From: the human T2T-CHM13v2.0 reference genome, Homo sapiens
Assembly (NCBI RefSeq): GCF_009914755.1
Contig: NC_060931.1
Reading direction: 5' to 3' (one strand)
DNA length: 64,000 nucleotides
The position numbers and the translations under genes are program-made. This document shows positions 13,761 through 30,210 of the stretch, piece by piece. Every line of letters begins with the position of its first letter. Position 1 is the stretch's first letter. A model generated the notes under the pieces. It had not been told where the DNA came from. It worked only from the letters and a program-made list of their open reading frames with translations, and made no database searches.

Positions 13761-16700
13761 GGTACCGTCATATAATAGGAGAGAAAGGAATAATCCAGAA
13801 AGTGAAAAGAATTAAAAATGTGACCAAGTATGAATAAAGAAATTTGACAAAAAGACTTGGCCACATTGAATTAGCATTAGTTGGTATAATTAAGATTTAG
13901 AAGTTGAAAAGGGAAAGCTCAATGTCAAAACCATTATCTGAATATAAATTTTCAATAACTGCTCAGGGGTTAGGAAATCAGAGGACTAGCAAGCCATCCA
14001 GGAAAGCACCACCTTATGAGGCGTCCATTAAAACACAAAAAGAGAAAGAACAGAGACCATTTACACAAATAAAACAGGAGAAGTGGGACTTGGAGATGGA
14101 GAAAGGAAACCAAAAGCAAAAAGGGAGATATGAGTGTTTAACAAAATAAGAAGATTTAATAGATGAAGGAATTAAATTTGAACTCAGAACCAACCAAACA
14201 TAAAAGAGCAACACAAGGTCAATGTGTGATATACAACTTTTGATGGTCATGAATAGGCTCACACGTCTAAAGATACCTCAATTAAAATCTTCCCTACCAG
14301 AATCACTTCATAGAGTTATAGCATGGTTAATTTGAATGTAAATCATCGTGGACTGACAGGACGTTTGCCTGCTTCTATTCGCTAGTGCAGTTTAGTTTGA
14401 CAAACTGGACGACTGCAACACAAACAGGCCAAAACTCTGAGGTTTGGGTGCAAAGGGTAGATAATGCATATGACACAGTAGATACGAAAAACTGTTCTTA
14501 AGAGACAATTTTTGAAATTTATATTGGAAAGGTATTCATGAAGAATAACGACCTAACTGTCCTTTAAGCCTATGTCCCAAGAATCAGTTCCTCAGATATA
14601 ATCTGCAATAATTCCTAGGGAGTGTGTCAGTTATTTTTAACACATGAGAGTGAAGTGTACAGGGCAAGAAATGTTCTCTGCACATTTCCCTGTAATTAAG
14701 AGAGAGACTCTTCTTTAACTAAGATCCTGGATCATACATTGCTCATTATACTTCATATTTCAAATTCTTCATTCATTGGGAATTAATGAAATAACATTGT
14801 TGGATTCTAAAAACAGATAAGCAAGCAGGAAAGAGAACATGTAAACAACCAAAACACCCAGATTACTTTGTGACTCACATGAATAATCTCAATTATTTGG
14901 GACAAACCACTGGGATGTTATGTACTCTATGGAGAAATAAAGACTTTCCCAGATGGCTAGAGTTATCCAATATTTGACCTTCTATAGCAACAGTCTTCAG
15001 TCATGATATACTCTAGTTCATGGTTTTATTACTGTATTACCGAGGAACAAATATTTACTAATTCTTACATAGACTTCAAATTAGCATACTGGCCTGGGGC
15101 CTGTGATTAATGAGACTGGATCTGAAAAACCATGCCATGGGTAATTAATATTGAAAAGCACGATCCAGTGAATTAATAATGCATTTCTGACAACCACTAA
15201 TAATCATTTATACCAGATGTAGCTTCTCTGTAATAATAAACTGCTGAAATGTTTTAAGCTTCTAAAGTAGTTTGTTTGCCAGGACTTAAAAAAAAAATAG
15301 AACCTGTTCAAATAAATTTAGATGAAAAACAGATCTCTAAATCACATACCTGTAAGTTTACGGTTTTTATACAATAATTTAGATTCTATAACAGTGCCAT
15401 GATATTGTATTGTATATGAGCACACAAAGTTACTATCTATTCTGCTGGGTGGACTTTTAGTCTGTTTACTGACAGTAGATTACTAAGCAGCAGAAAAAGG
15501 CTTTTAGAATAAAAATTGAGTGGCACAAGAGTCATCAATAATATTATCAAAAAATTATACTTTTAAAAAATATGAAAATCTATAAGGTTAAAATATGACT
15601 TGAAATAAGTTCTCTAAACTGTGGATACTTCTACTCCTCAAACATAACTATTTTTATTCTTTTAAAATTTATTTCCAAATCTTGTCTACATAATAGATCA
15701 TACATATATATGCATTTTTTTTACATTGAACCATATGACCTTGCCATTTTTTACCTACAAAAATAGTAATTTCACAGAGCTGAAGCCACTATTTCCACCA
15801 TTTCACATTAATATACTTTCTGATTTGTTTTAGATTTGCTTTTGTAGCAGCATATTTTTCCCAAAGCCATTTCGAGGAAAATTGTCTCTGTAAGTAACAT
15901 GGTAAATCAATGCTGAAATTTTTACCCCAACAGTCTTAAAATATAAAGCCACTTTTCCAAATTTGTAAACCTAGCTTGAGAAATGTAAGTATTGGAAAAA
16001 ATATTTTATATTATTACTGAATTTTTGTGTATTTTAAGTAGTCATGGTCTACCAATTGCTCCTAGCAATAAGGTATTGAAATTGTATTTGGTACTTAGTT
16101 TTCCTTTTATTGTTTTTAATAGTCCCTTCACTTTGATTCCAAAACTATTGGTTATATTCGTTAAGTGAAAATGAATTATATCTCCTCCAAGAGCCATGGA
16201 AAAATATTATTTAATAATAATTATGATTTTTATCTCTAATCTGTAACAAAATTTTGGATATAAATCTTAATATAGATTATAATCAGTAATATCTTTCATT
16301 TAAGCAGTTAAATTAAACATCGACCCTTCATAAATCTGATATGGATTTAATACAAGGTAATATATGTTTATTATGCAAAATAACTAGATAGATAATTCTA
16401 CAGAAAGATCAGAAACAACTGATATTTTCAGGTAAATTCAATTTTTTATTAAATTTTTGGCAATGATTTCTACTGTATTTTTATGTAGTACATAATTAAA
16501 TGGGAGTAAAAGGTAGCATTGTATCTATATAATTTTAATGTCCATTAAAATTTTCATGTCTATTAAAATGTCTTTATTTTCAATACTGCAGTCATATTAC
16601 AGCATAATGTTTAAAGGGGTTTTACATATTATGAACTTAGTAAAATATGCTTTCAAAATAGTTTAATTTAGGGATACTATGTGATCTAATGCAACAATAC

Positions 16701-17954
16701 ATCCCTAAGAAATATTACATGCTTAGAAACAATATTAAGAAACCCATCTAACTTACCTGAAGCAGAAAACCACTTAAGTTAGCTAAGCTCAAAATAGAGA
16801 AATTGCTAATGGGATCTATTGCGGATTCGTCACCTAAGGGAAAGGGAAATATAGCTAGGCACAGGAAGACTGGAAATAAAATCATGGATGGAAGCTTTTC
16901 TTTTGTGGCCCACTGTCTCTAATGCACTCGTCTCTATCATACCGGTCTCTCCTTCTTCTCTCTGCTTATGTGCCAAGCATCCCTGTCCAAGAATCATTCT
17001 ATGTAAATTCACCTCGTACTGATCCATGTGTGTGTTTGGGGACATTTTTATAAATGGTGAAGTTTTTACATATATATTGGGATTATATTTGGTTTATTTT
17101 TTGCTATGGTCAGATGTACATACATCTAGATTACAGGGATGCACATCATTTATCATGGAGATCACAGGACCTATGATATTCATATTTGTATGAAGAAATA
17201 GAAAGATAAACATATGTTTAAATATATTTCAGAAAATAGAGTAGATACAGAAGCCCCCAGATATGCAAATTGACACTTTTTAAATGTTTACTTCTGAGCA
17301 TGCGTACCAGATATCATTTCTTTGTAACAGTCATAAATTTTTCAGGGACAAGTTCAATAAGCCAAGTGAAATTTTTATGGATATTTGAACTACATGTTTT
17401 AAGCATGTTTTCATAGTTTGCCACTTGTGTTTTTAAATCAAATATTATTAAAATATAAAAAGTTATTGTAAAAAGACTTGTATTTAAAATGAAAGAAAAA
17501 TAATTTGTTTCATTTTAAGTACCATATATTAAGTAGGCAGTTGCTAGATCCTGAGAAGCAAATCTGCATGAATCTCAAGCAATATACAATTTATAATCAC
17601 TTACTGCACTTAAATAATTAATTGAGTAATGACTTTGTTGACTGAGTAGAATGTTTGTCTACAGAACGTTGCTAGTTATGTGGGTTACTCTCCAATGTAT
17701 CCTTATTTGTAAAATGATAGAGTTTTTACTGCAATATTAACTATTATAAAAACATAAATTCTATTTTTCATAACATGTTCAGGGTTTTTTATTACAAATT
17801 ATTTTAAAACTTTAAAAAGTTAATTTATCTTATACAACGATAACAACTCTTTTCATTGTTTTTCAAATATATTTTTCCACTATATCTTATACATTCTTTA
17901 AAATATTCAATTAATATTCAAATTATATTTTCTTCATATTAAGCTTTGATATAG

Positions 17955-18273
<319 letters not shown>

Positions 18274-20302
18274 AGTTAGAGAAATTTTAAATGACTAAAG
18301 TAGAGGAAAATACTGAAAAATATTATTTTGTGTAAATAATCTTAAGTACAGTTTTCAAGTATTGAATGGCTTGATAACAAGTTTTTCTGTTTGTAATTTA
18401 AAAAGTCACTAAAATTATGTGCACTGCAATGGGATTAAGTTAATATAGTTTTTTAAATATTTTAAATTTATTTTTCTTGGAAATTAGGATAAAATCAAAT
18501 TACAATGGTGATATATCCTGCTTTTTATCTGATCCATGTTTCATCACATTAGTAAAAACTGATAATGTAACTATTGATTCAGAACTTACTCTTTATCAAG
18601 GAAAGTGTTAAGTCAATGTACTGTTTCATTTCAGTTTCCGTCAACTCTATGTATTAGGTATTATTATCCCCTCCCACACCTGCCTATTAGCATAGTAGGA
18701 AGCAGGGGTTCAGAAATATTAGCACCTTGTGCAAAACCACTATTTTTGCACAAGTAGCATTTTGTTGTTGTTTTGTTTTGCACAATGTTTTTGTTTCGTT
18801 TTGTTTTCTTTAGTTTTTGCTACTGGTGGTGGAGCCAGGATTCTAATGGGCTGTTTCTCCACAGCTCTGATCTAAGCCTCCCATTATGGAGAATCTTCAG
18901 AGGAGCACACGTCTTTGCTGGCTGGCATATCAACATTCATGATCCTGGCATGTGGAAGAATACTCTGATTATTGCCCAAGACATTAGCATTAAAAATTCC
19001 TTCTAAGGCATTTCTTTATTCTTAAGTAAATCCTGTTAAGGAAAAATAGGAATGTATAAGCGATTAATAAATTAAGGTGAGTTACTTTCTAATTTGACAG
19101 AATTGGGAGCTTTTAGCAAATAAGGACATTGCCCAGAGAGGAAAAGCAGATAATTCAGAGTGCTCAGAAGCTAGAGTTGGCTTTTTAGGGGAACTAACTT
19201 AAGAGTAAAGAGACTCCTTTATGTCTATTTATTGTTTATGAAATTGATGTAGATGTTACTTTAATAATTGACTTACATAACATTATTGATATTTTTCTAC
19301 CCTGATTTTTCAAGTGATCTGTGTTCTTTATATTTTGACTTCTCTATAATATTTTGCACAAATGATAATCAGAAATCACAATGTGCTAAGTCTAAATGAA
19401 CTTTAGAAAGAGAATGACAAACAATTTGATTCAAGATTAACATTATAATTGACATTCTTAAAAAAATATTTCAGCATTACTACATAAGGATCATGTTACT
19501 TTTGTAATTTTTCTATTGTTATGTGATAAATCAAAGAGGTAAAGAAAAATAAAGGATACAAGACAAATGATTAGAGTTCATTGTAAGCTGGGAAGAAAGC
19601 AATTCTTGTTAACTAAGTCAAATTGAAAGCGAATACACCTAAGAAAGTGTAAAGATCACTATTACATTTTGTCTAATGGGTACATCAAATTAATGCAAAT
19701 TACTCCTGCCCCCAAAAAGGGTTCATAAATGAGAAGTTTTCTAAGGCAAAAGTGTCATTGTAGTGTAACTTTGAGTAGGTACATGTCCCTATCAGCTGAT
19801 CTTATCTTCCAAGCCTACAATTATTAATCCTCTGTGTGTAGTGCTTAAAATGTGGTACTTCACATAAGAGGGCTGTAAAGAAAGAACGAAGACTTGTAAA
19901 GTGCCAAAGGGAGAGGATCTCAGGTCCATTTGGTTGATTAACAGTCGTTATTACGAGGAAAATTACAGGAAAGAATCTGTAGCCCAGGACAGAGCTCTTA
20001 ACTCCAGATTGCATGATATTGGGAATATAACCAGAGCAGAGTTCAGATGAAAAGCCTGGCAGCGGTGACCAGTGGTATTAAAACACATAGTGATCTAATA
20101 AATAGCCCTTCATGTTGCTCAGTGGTTGGGGAAGGCTTCTAATTCACAAGGCGAGTTACTCTCTAATAATTGGAAACTATTATCTGGCTTCTAAAATCCA
20201 CTTCAGACATCTATCTGTTTGGCCACAACAAAATCTGATAAGATCTTGATGAACAAGATGAAACAGCTCCACCTTAAGCAGGTGAGTGGGACATAGCACA
20301 CT

Positions 20303-20315
20303 CGCCACCTAGTGG
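20303..20315 (-). promoter_or_regulatory. CTCF core motif
   Basis: The minus strand reads CCACTAGGTGGCG, matching CCASYAGRKGGCR. Motif only; occupancy unknown. Confidence 0.6.
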
Positions 20316-21858
20316 ATATTCACTGTACTTTTCGTCTTTTTTATTCATCTGTTCTAGAATAAATGTAAACCACACATTTCATTTTATAAAATGAAAGTGT
20401 GTGTGTGTTTGTTTCTGTTGCCTGATACTGTGGTCAAGACTATTCTGACATATATTTTACAATCTGAATAGTTTGTAAAATGTGAAAAATCCCTTACACA
20501 GATGAATATAAAATTTGGCTAGATCAGATTAATCAAAGCTTGTCCTGTAAAGAGGGTCAACCCTTGTAAAAGCTTCTCCTGCTGATTCTTCCTTTTATTT
20601 ATGACCTTTGTCTAATCTTGGGGTCACTGAAAATGCATCGTCCCTGCTGGAACTTTTATCTAGTTTCTATCCAATATCCATGTGAGGTGGAGTTGCTCTC
20701 TCATCTAAATGTCTTGATTTGAAAACAGAGTTCCTGTCTTCCATGAGTTGGGAATAACTAGTGCAGTTTTACCTTTTTAAAATCTTTTCCCCTGCTATAT
20801 TGCCTCTTCATCAAGGTACTCGTTCAAGACCCAAAAATATAAATCTCCAATATTGTAAATTTAAGCTTGATGATACACCAAAGAGCAGCTGTTTTAGGAT
20901 ATTTCAGGCCTTCCCAGCACCTATCAGATTGCAGGAGAGCTGCCAATCTGCTCTTTCATGATGCTAGTCATGGCCTCGGAGTTTCATTTTACCATCTGGC
21001 ACATCAGGATCACCTCCCCAGATAGTAATCATCATGCCAACAATAATACAGTGAAATCAGAGTTGGAGGATTGCAAAGAATTTTAAAGGTTATTGCATAC
21101 GCTACCAGAGTTTTCAGGACTGCTTGGTGCTTGTCAATTTCATAACCCCATATCTGATGACTGGCTAAGTTTTCTCTGCTTTGTCCTCAGAAGCCTAACA
21201 CCCATGCCACTGATATGTACTCATGAAGGCGGTTTCATTAGTGACCCACTGCTGTTCCATACTAGGCAGAGAGTGAGTTACCCAGAAGTATCCACCTATA
21301 TGCTAACATTTCCCCTACACCGCTGAATAAAATGTATTTCCCCATACTTGTATTTGAGGGCCAATAATAATTGATGGCTTCTGTTGTTGCCATAATCCAC
21401 TTTTCTAAGAACCTTTTATATCACTCCAAATTTCATTTCCGCTTTGGTACATTTATGCTCCTTGTGTAAAACCCCTACCCTATTCTCAGTTTACCTAGTG
21501 TAAACTTTTAACCACATGAATCAAACATCAACCCATACAATGAATTTTGCTTGGCAAAAAACAATCACAGCAAAATAGAATCTGGAAAAATAATGTAGCT
21601 CATAGGAGGAAATGACATTAATATGTAATTAACGACATTAATGACAATATGCGTACAGATTCACCATTAAATATAATTAGGTTCTCTTATACATTGTAAC
21701 ATGGTGATGATTCTGCAGTATAAGTGTTATACTTAATCAGCAAAGGTTTTTACATGAAAACTCTGGGACTGAATTCTAGCAAATGTTCATACAGACTAAA
21801 CAAGTTTGCAAGCCTGGAAACCCAGGACCAAGAAGCATAAAATGGAGAGATAAGATGG

Positions 21859-21861
21859 TGC

Positions 21862-21910
<49 letters not shown>
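21859..21910. repeat. (TG)n microsatellite with TGCG start
   Basis: tgcgtgcg followed by a TG run. Confidence 0.96.
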
Positions 21911-21912
<2 letters not shown>

Positions 21913-22162
21913 CATAGGTTAAAAAAAATGCTGAGTAAGTGACTATTTTTTCAGAAACTTCAGGCAATGGCCTAAAATTTAAACATTTTCAGTCCTGCAG
22001 CTTATATCACTTGTGCCCAATTTGATATAGATATCAAACTATTTCTCTCTTCTCTCTCTTTCTCTTTTTTTTCATCACATGCCAATGAAAAGAAAATTGA
22101 GAAGATTCATATTGGAAACATTTTCAGCCACCCAAAATGACACATCAGTAGTTTTGGTGACC

Positions 22163-22593
22163 CAGTGGTGTGATGGGATCAGCTTGTACCAGCTTATGAG
22201 AGCTGTATGACCCAAGTGTTAAATAGTCAGGAAGCAGTCAGTTGTTAAACACAGCCATTCTTAATTTCTTAAAGGTTATATGCCTTTACAATTAAATAAA
22301 TTCTATAAAAAACAATTATATACTAACATTAAAAAGTCACCAATTTCTAATTTTAAATGTTTTATTATTTATGCTTTTGAGATTATGTATGTCTATTTCA
22401 ACAATATGACGGAAATAATGTAAAATGATGAACTACTGTATATCCCTTTGTAACTCCTTATTCAGTGATGTCATGGTAATACGTTTAAATCAGCCTTGGT
22501 GAGGGTATCTACAGCATGAAAATCAACATATGTTACAATTCAAGGCTTTTTACTCTAGGGAGCTAGCTTTAAACATCTACCAGCATCTCAGTG
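22163..22593 (+). mobile_element. hAT-Blackjack DNA transposon, MER63B-like
   Basis: Starts cagtggtgtgatgg and ends ccagcatctcagtg (imperfect TIRs). Internal gttgttaaacacagccatt and ttcagtgatgtca resemble MER63; length about 430 bp. Confidence 0.7.
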
Positions 22594-24039
22594 GATGATA
22601 ACATAATGTGGATACACAAGGCCCAGATTCCAAATTTAGTTCTGTTATATTGGCCTGTTTATTAAACTTTAAAGCCTCATTATACTGATCTACAAAATGA
22701 AGTGTTGAAGACATGGATTCTTGTAAAGACATTACATTTTAAAATCGAGTTCAACTTTGCTTCCTAATGGGCATAAAGGTAGCATAAAGCAGTGACATCA
22801 AACCTACAGAAAGACAACATATTTTAAAATGGCATATAATATATCTCAATAATGTACCTACTTTAGTGGGAGAAGTTTTATTTAAAAAAAGAGATGTTCA
22901 GGAAAAAATTCAGATGACTTGATGAGCAAATAGGTTATATTTATAAAATATATAACAATTTAACTTTGCCCATGTGGTCACTTTATCCTACGTAGAAATT
23001 GACTTATTGTTTTCCATATTACTTTTTGAAGGAGCTGAAACTCAAATAAAATAGAAATCCACAAATGATGTTTTCCTATTAGTAGGTTAAATTTATTAAA
23101 CATTATGTAACTATAGTATTTAAATTGACCATTGAAATGCATTTATCGTACTTTATTTCATTTCCTTGTTATAGACACTGAAACTTTGCTTGCAATAGAG
23201 AGATGTTTCTGTTTTAAATCCTTTCACATGTTAATTGCAACATGAAAGCAATGTTTAAGAGAATCTTTTTTATAAAGGAAAATTGTTCTTTTCAAAAAAG
23301 TAAATAGTAGCTCCATTCTTACATGATAGGGAGTAGAAAGAATAGTAGAAAAAACATTTGACAACATATCTGAAAAACTAAGTGTTTGTCCCAGTTTTAT
23401 AACTTATATGCTATCTGAAGAAGAAAAAAAAGTATCTTGGGTAGAATGAACTCTCAGTAAAAACATGTATTTTCAGGAGAATGAATTTAGTTTTTAAATA
23501 ACCACTTCCTCTTACAATTTATTAATATAAAATCTTCTAAATGTCATAGAAATCAGTACAAATGTTAATCGCTGCTAACTTACTTTTGAATATATCGACA
23601 TTGACAAATATTAGAACACTTTACTTCTTAAAACTATAGTGGTTGCTTTGCAGAAATGGAGTCAATCAGGCATCTCCGATACTGGCACGTGGTAGATAAT
23701 AAAACGCATGGAGTGAACGAACACTGAGATGAGTGTTAATCATTTCTTTTATTGAGATTCACCCTCACAGTCCCAAGTGAAGAAACAAAGTGAGAAGGGC
23801 CTTAGAGTTGAAAAGGTAATTTAACATTAATAGCAAAATGCAAACATACACTCCACTTTGATTCTTTCTATTTTTCGCTGGTTTGAAGCACTTACAGTCA
23901 CCCAGTCAACTGGACTTAATTGAGTGTGCCATCATGCATTGCCCTGCACTAGGTACCATGCAGAGGAAGGCAGAGTCATAGTCCCTGTCTGGGGAAATCC
24001 ATAATGGAATATCCATAAGAGTACCACCGCTGTAGGATT

Positions 24040-24131
24040 TTATATATACGTGTGTGTATTTGTGTGTGTGTGTGTATATACGCACATATATACATATATA
24101 TAATACGATATATGTATATACATATATATAT
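24040..24131. repeat. Compound (TA)/(TG)/(CA) microsatellite
   Basis: Alternating purine-pyrimidine low-complexity tract. Confidence 0.9.
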
Positions 24132-26026
24132 CAAGCTTCCCAACCCAGTATTATAAGGCAATTTCTTAAAGTTGATTTGTGATTGAGTACAAGATTTAAC
24201 ACTTCCCCTTCCTGTAAGCATCATGGTTCCTAAGCCTTGTATGTTCAAGACACCTGTCTATGGTGAAGGCTGCAGGCTGTGAACTTCAAAGTGGAATGAT
24301 CTCTGCCACCTCACACTCACAAAACTCCTGGACTTCTGAGCCCTGATGTACCTCTGCTTGCGGTGGTGATCTCATATTCTCATGGATGCCTCTCACATGG
24401 GAAGACTTAATTTCCTGACTATTGTCTCAGTCTTGGGTCTTTCCCCAGTTGTGGTGGCAGAGAGCTGAAGGACTTGGAAACATTATTCAGTGTTCCAATT
24501 ATTAGGAAAAATGCAAGCAGATGGAGCAGGGAAATAATATCTTTTGCTAATTATTCGAATGGATGAGCTGACAGAACTTTACACTCTCCCAAGAGAGCCA
24601 AAGGGTCATGGATCTCCGGCCAATTCTGGCCAAGCTGGCCGGCTGCCACTGAGCACAGAGGCTGCCGTCTGCCTTTCTCTTCTGGTCACCTGAGGCATTT
24701 GTGGGAGAGCCCTTACACTTTTTCTCTCTTTCTTTGGCTTTTGCTGTTGTTTTAATGATAGTTTGAGTCAATGACAGACTCTCTGTTAAGTGTTAGGAAA
24801 ACATTTTAAAATCTAGTTTACTAAATGTAGAAGCGTAAATGTATGTTTAAACATCTACATGTGCTTTTGGAATATGTCATAATATTTCTATACATTATTT
24901 TTCTTGCAAATAATGTATAGAAATATCATGATTTTCCCATTCTCTGAGGTATTCATTAATCCCTCCAAATCCTCCGCCTCCCTAAAGATTTCTCTTCCTA
25001 CCTCGCTCTGGTTGCTCAGCATTTCCACAGAGCACTGATGGCACTACACTTACAAGTTTAATTTGTGCACAAGCCTGTTAGCTCACTTCTGTTCAACAGC
25101 TTTCAGCTGCCCTCCTAACCCTACACAGATGTCTCACAAACTCATGTTCCTGCTCATGGAGGACAGGCAAACTGAGCAGGGTAAATCTATCACCCCAACA
25201 ATGCAAAGCCCTTGACCTGGTGAAGGTGAGTCGGTAACACCATGCCCATATGCAAAGCAAGCACATCACATACTACATGCTCTTCCCAGGTTTAGTATTG
25301 CAAATTCTACACATTTGCAGAAAATATGTAAGCCCTCTATCTACCTTTTCCACTTCATTGAGCCTCTCAAAGGCCCTAGCATTACCTCTCTCTCACACCA
25401 TTACCTCCTGTACAAATGAGCTACTTCTGAGGTTCATGCTCCTTGTCTTCCAAGAAATACTCTCTTTCCTATCATGCCACAAGACCCCTTTTTAAAATCC
25501 AAGGAAACATTCTGTACTAAGAAAAATAATGTGATGAAGTGAACCACTTAATTTCAGGTAATGTTTCCAACCCTTCATAACGTAAAGATATCAAAATGAG
25601 AGTTTTCCAACAAAAAAGTTCAGAAAAGCAATATATAAATGTGAAATGATAAAAACATAGAATTCCATTTCTCTTATTAGCATGACTGATTTCTTTGTTA
25701 ACAGGATTTGACCCTTAACACAGTAAAAGGTTAAGTCTACTTCATTTGGCATTGTAAAAATAATTCTCTGATGAAGTATATTACCAAAGAAATAATGTAC
25801 ATCACAGCATTCACCAGTTCTTGGAGAAAAAAAGTAGCTTTACAAATTACTCAGTGACTCAACACACAAAGTGGATTTTGCTTCTTCAATCATGCATTAT
25901 CAGAATATGCAGGATTTCTTTCTGTCCTTTTGTATCTGATGGGGATGTACAATCACAAACTTAAAGTTAGAAGGGACCAAATATTACTATTATCTCTGGC
26001 TCACAGATAATTTAAAAAATAAGACT

Positions 26027-26800
<774 letters not shown>

Positions 26801-27009
26801 TAATATTTATCCTAATTAGCAATCATGGAATGCTGTATTATGTTCTATTTTGCCTGTTATCTTGACAATAATTAAAAACAGCAAATCTAATGTTAGAAAG
26901 TTATAGGAATATTTAAATTCATATACACTACTAGGGGTACATTTAAATTGTGAAGAAAATGTGACAATATATTCCAAATGCTTAAAATGTCGCTGTATCC
27001 CTTGGCCTA

Positions 27010-27470
27010 TTCTATTAGATTCAGACAGAAAAGAGATGACTTACTTAACAGATATAAATAAGGGGAGATTGATGGAGGTGCTATTTACGGAAGTGTGGCC
27101 AAGAGTAAAAGAATCAAAGCATATGAAGCATTTAGCGACTAACAACATGGGAAGCCATTTCCACCTCTGAGGCAGAAGAGGTAAGTCTGGTGACTGATGA
27201 AACCCAAGCATGGAGAAAGAGGCATAGGAGATTAAACCACAGAACTCAGCTGTTGTCAAACCCGAGGCCAGCCACTAGGAGTTGGAAGCACTACAGAAGA
27301 AGCACCCCAACTTCTCTTTCCTCTCACCAGCTAATCTGCCAGAGCCAGCGGCTCTCATTGTTGTCAGGGGAACGATGGAAAGCCAAGGTCCCAAGTGATG
27401 AAGCTCATGAGGGTGACCCTGCTTTGGAACCAGGCAGGACAGAGAAGGGCAGTAAATGGATCTTCGGGGT
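27010..27470. mobile_element. Ancient LTR fragment (LTR79/LTR78-like)
   Basis: ctatttacggaagtgtggcc...ctaacaacatgggaagccatttccacctctgaggc resembles the recalled LTR79-type consensus. Purine-rich and embedded in L1M-like sequence. Confidence 0.4.
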
Positions 27471-29994
27471 GTTCTCATGGAAAACAGAGAGTGATCTGCA
27501 TACTCATCAAGCCATCCCTGAAGAAGTAAGCTGAGATTAGTGCAAAAATGTATACACAAAATGCTAATGCTAATGCTAACATTATTTAGAAACATAAGAT
27601 CGTGGGAATACTATATATAATCAGAAGTAAGGTATTGGAGAACTAAAATTTAGAAGTGACCCATCAATTTTCAGTTGCAAATCACGAAATAATTTAAATA
27701 GCATGTTTCAATGGAATATGTATTGGGGTGCACATATTTATGCTATATAAGTTAAAATGAGAAGGCTACAAAACATGTACATATATGTGTGGGTATGAAT
27801 ATAATTACTGCATATTTATATTAACGCTTATATAAAAACTAAATTCATTTGAAAGACCTAAAATTAAGAGTTTAGAGAAGATTGAAAGGAGGATGAACTA
27901 ACCAATAAGAGAGTAACATTATTCCCTAAAGAACTTTAAATGTTATTTGTTCCCTTTCAAGTTTAATTAGAATCATGGTGCGGAGTGCGAGTAAAAGTCT
28001 TTGTATTGAAATGAATGTGATATTATTATTTCATGAGCACTGAATACATTTTTTCTATATAAGAACAAATGTAAAGGTTATTAATATAAACAGAATATGG
28101 ATTTCTTCTAAGTCAAGATCAGTTGGTAGAAAAACAATTGACCAATAATCCTAGTTGCAGTGTGGCTTTGAGACCAGGAATACAGAATATTTAAAAACTG
28201 TATTGTTGACTATTGTCAAATAAGATCAATTGAGAAAAGCAGACATCTTGCAATCAAGATTTATGATTACTTATCATCCTAATACATTCATGCCTGTAGC
28301 TTCTGATTTTTATACACTCTATCTTTTCTACTTGTATGAATTTTAACTGAAAAATATATCACAGCTTTTTTCAACTAATCATTATGACTCCAGTAGAAAG
28401 ATAGTGACTACACATTGAGAAACTTATATTCTCTACAATTAAATAAGTAATCATATATACATCTGGAGCATTTCAACACCAAAATCCTCATGTTAAAGAG
28501 ACCATATATAGGTAGATATTTATTCACCAGGGGTCAATATCTTTACTGTAAACTTTTATATGAATTTAATCAACAAAAATATAAGAAACATTGTTTTGAA
28601 TAGCCTAAGTAGACAATATATTATTTCATAATCTAATGGTAGGACATATAACTATTTCAGTCTAGGACAAATGTTAACCTTGCTTAGTTAAAAATAAAAG
28701 CAGTATCATTGAAAAGAAAACAACAAGAAATATCAATGCTATGAAACATTGGAAAAATATGAAGTAAAGACTCCCAATTCTAAGTGCTCAGAGTAACAAA
28801 ACAAAGTTATATGGCTGTCATATTCAAAAGAGATTATTCTAGAGGGAAAGAAACGTGACATTGAAATGTAAATATTGACCAAATGGTGATATTTGGAAAT
28901 CAATAAAAGATAACAGGCTAAGTGAACACTAAAAAGATGACAATTACAAAATAATAATAACAGAGGAAACAAGAATTAACTGCAAAAGTTAATAATAACA
29001 AAATTAATAAATATTTCCATGCAGTGGAAACTTTCATTTTTTACTGTTTGCCTTCTACTACTGCTGCTTCACCAGAATCTTCTAATAATAATCTGAATTC
29101 ATTGATATCTGCAAGTAGCTTGCTTTCCTTTAGCAATGCCCAACAACAACTTCTATCCATAAACAGCCATTGATGCACAGTGCTGAATCATTTTAGTAAA
29201 GTTAACATAATGTTATAATCACTTCCACAGATTAAAATATTATATGCACATTTTAAAAACAGAAGCAGTGACAAAGATCTAATTGTGTTATATGATCAAA
29301 AGGAGGATGTTACAGAAAGGGGATATACAAAGAAAATAAATGAAGGTACATCTGTCTGGAAAGGAATATCATGATTGTTCCATTATTGTTCCAGCTTTTC
29401 CAGCTCCTGAAAATTGGAGGCAGGGTGGGAGTGGGGCGCTGGTAAATGAGCTGGTTAAAAACAGAATCCTTTTAAAATAAGCATTTGAATGAGAAAAGAA
29501 AATAATCTAAAACACCAGAAATTTGCCTAGACTAGGCGGACAAGAAATGGTCAGATTTCTCACTTATAATAAAGTCAGTAATCATTGCTCTCTTTTCACA
29601 TTTTTTCCCTGCTTGCTTGTACCTTTTTACATTCCATTCTCTCTCTCACTTTCTATCTCTGTCTCTCTCTCTTTTCCCTCTCCCACTTTATCTCTTCTTT
29701 ACTTTCTTGCTCAAATAATGTCTCATAATAGCTATTGAGTTGTTTATTTCTTTCTCTGCATTTAAAAGGCAATTGCAATTGAAAATGTTTATGATTCTCT
29801 ATTTATCATAAACAAATTAATTCTTATTTGAAGGTGATCTTCCATTGATTATTCATACTTGATATAGGATGATGAATTTAACATAAGTGGAAACTTAAAG
29901 AACCCTTTATGAATAAAGCAATATCATCTAATTCTGTTTTCTCATTTAATCCTTTTACTGCCATGTTCTTTCTCGTTTGCTATATTGCAACCTT

Positions 29995-30210
29995 TGAAGG
30001 CAGTGTAACATAATTAGCTAAGCCCATGGCCTCCATGGCCAGACAACTATGTCCAGGCTCTGCAATTTACTGGATATCACTGACTTTTGGTAAGTTAACC
30101 TGACTGTTCCTCAGTTTCCTCTTTGGTGTAGTGGGGATAAAGTAGTTGCTGTGAAGATAAATGAGCTAATCTTTGTAGTTTTGGAATGGTTCCTGGAATT
30201 GCCACATGCA
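29995..30210 (+). mobile_element. MIR
   Basis: ggctctgcaatttactgg...ggtaagttaacc...cctcagtttcctc...gtggggataa...gtgaagataaatgagctaat. Confidence 0.65.
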
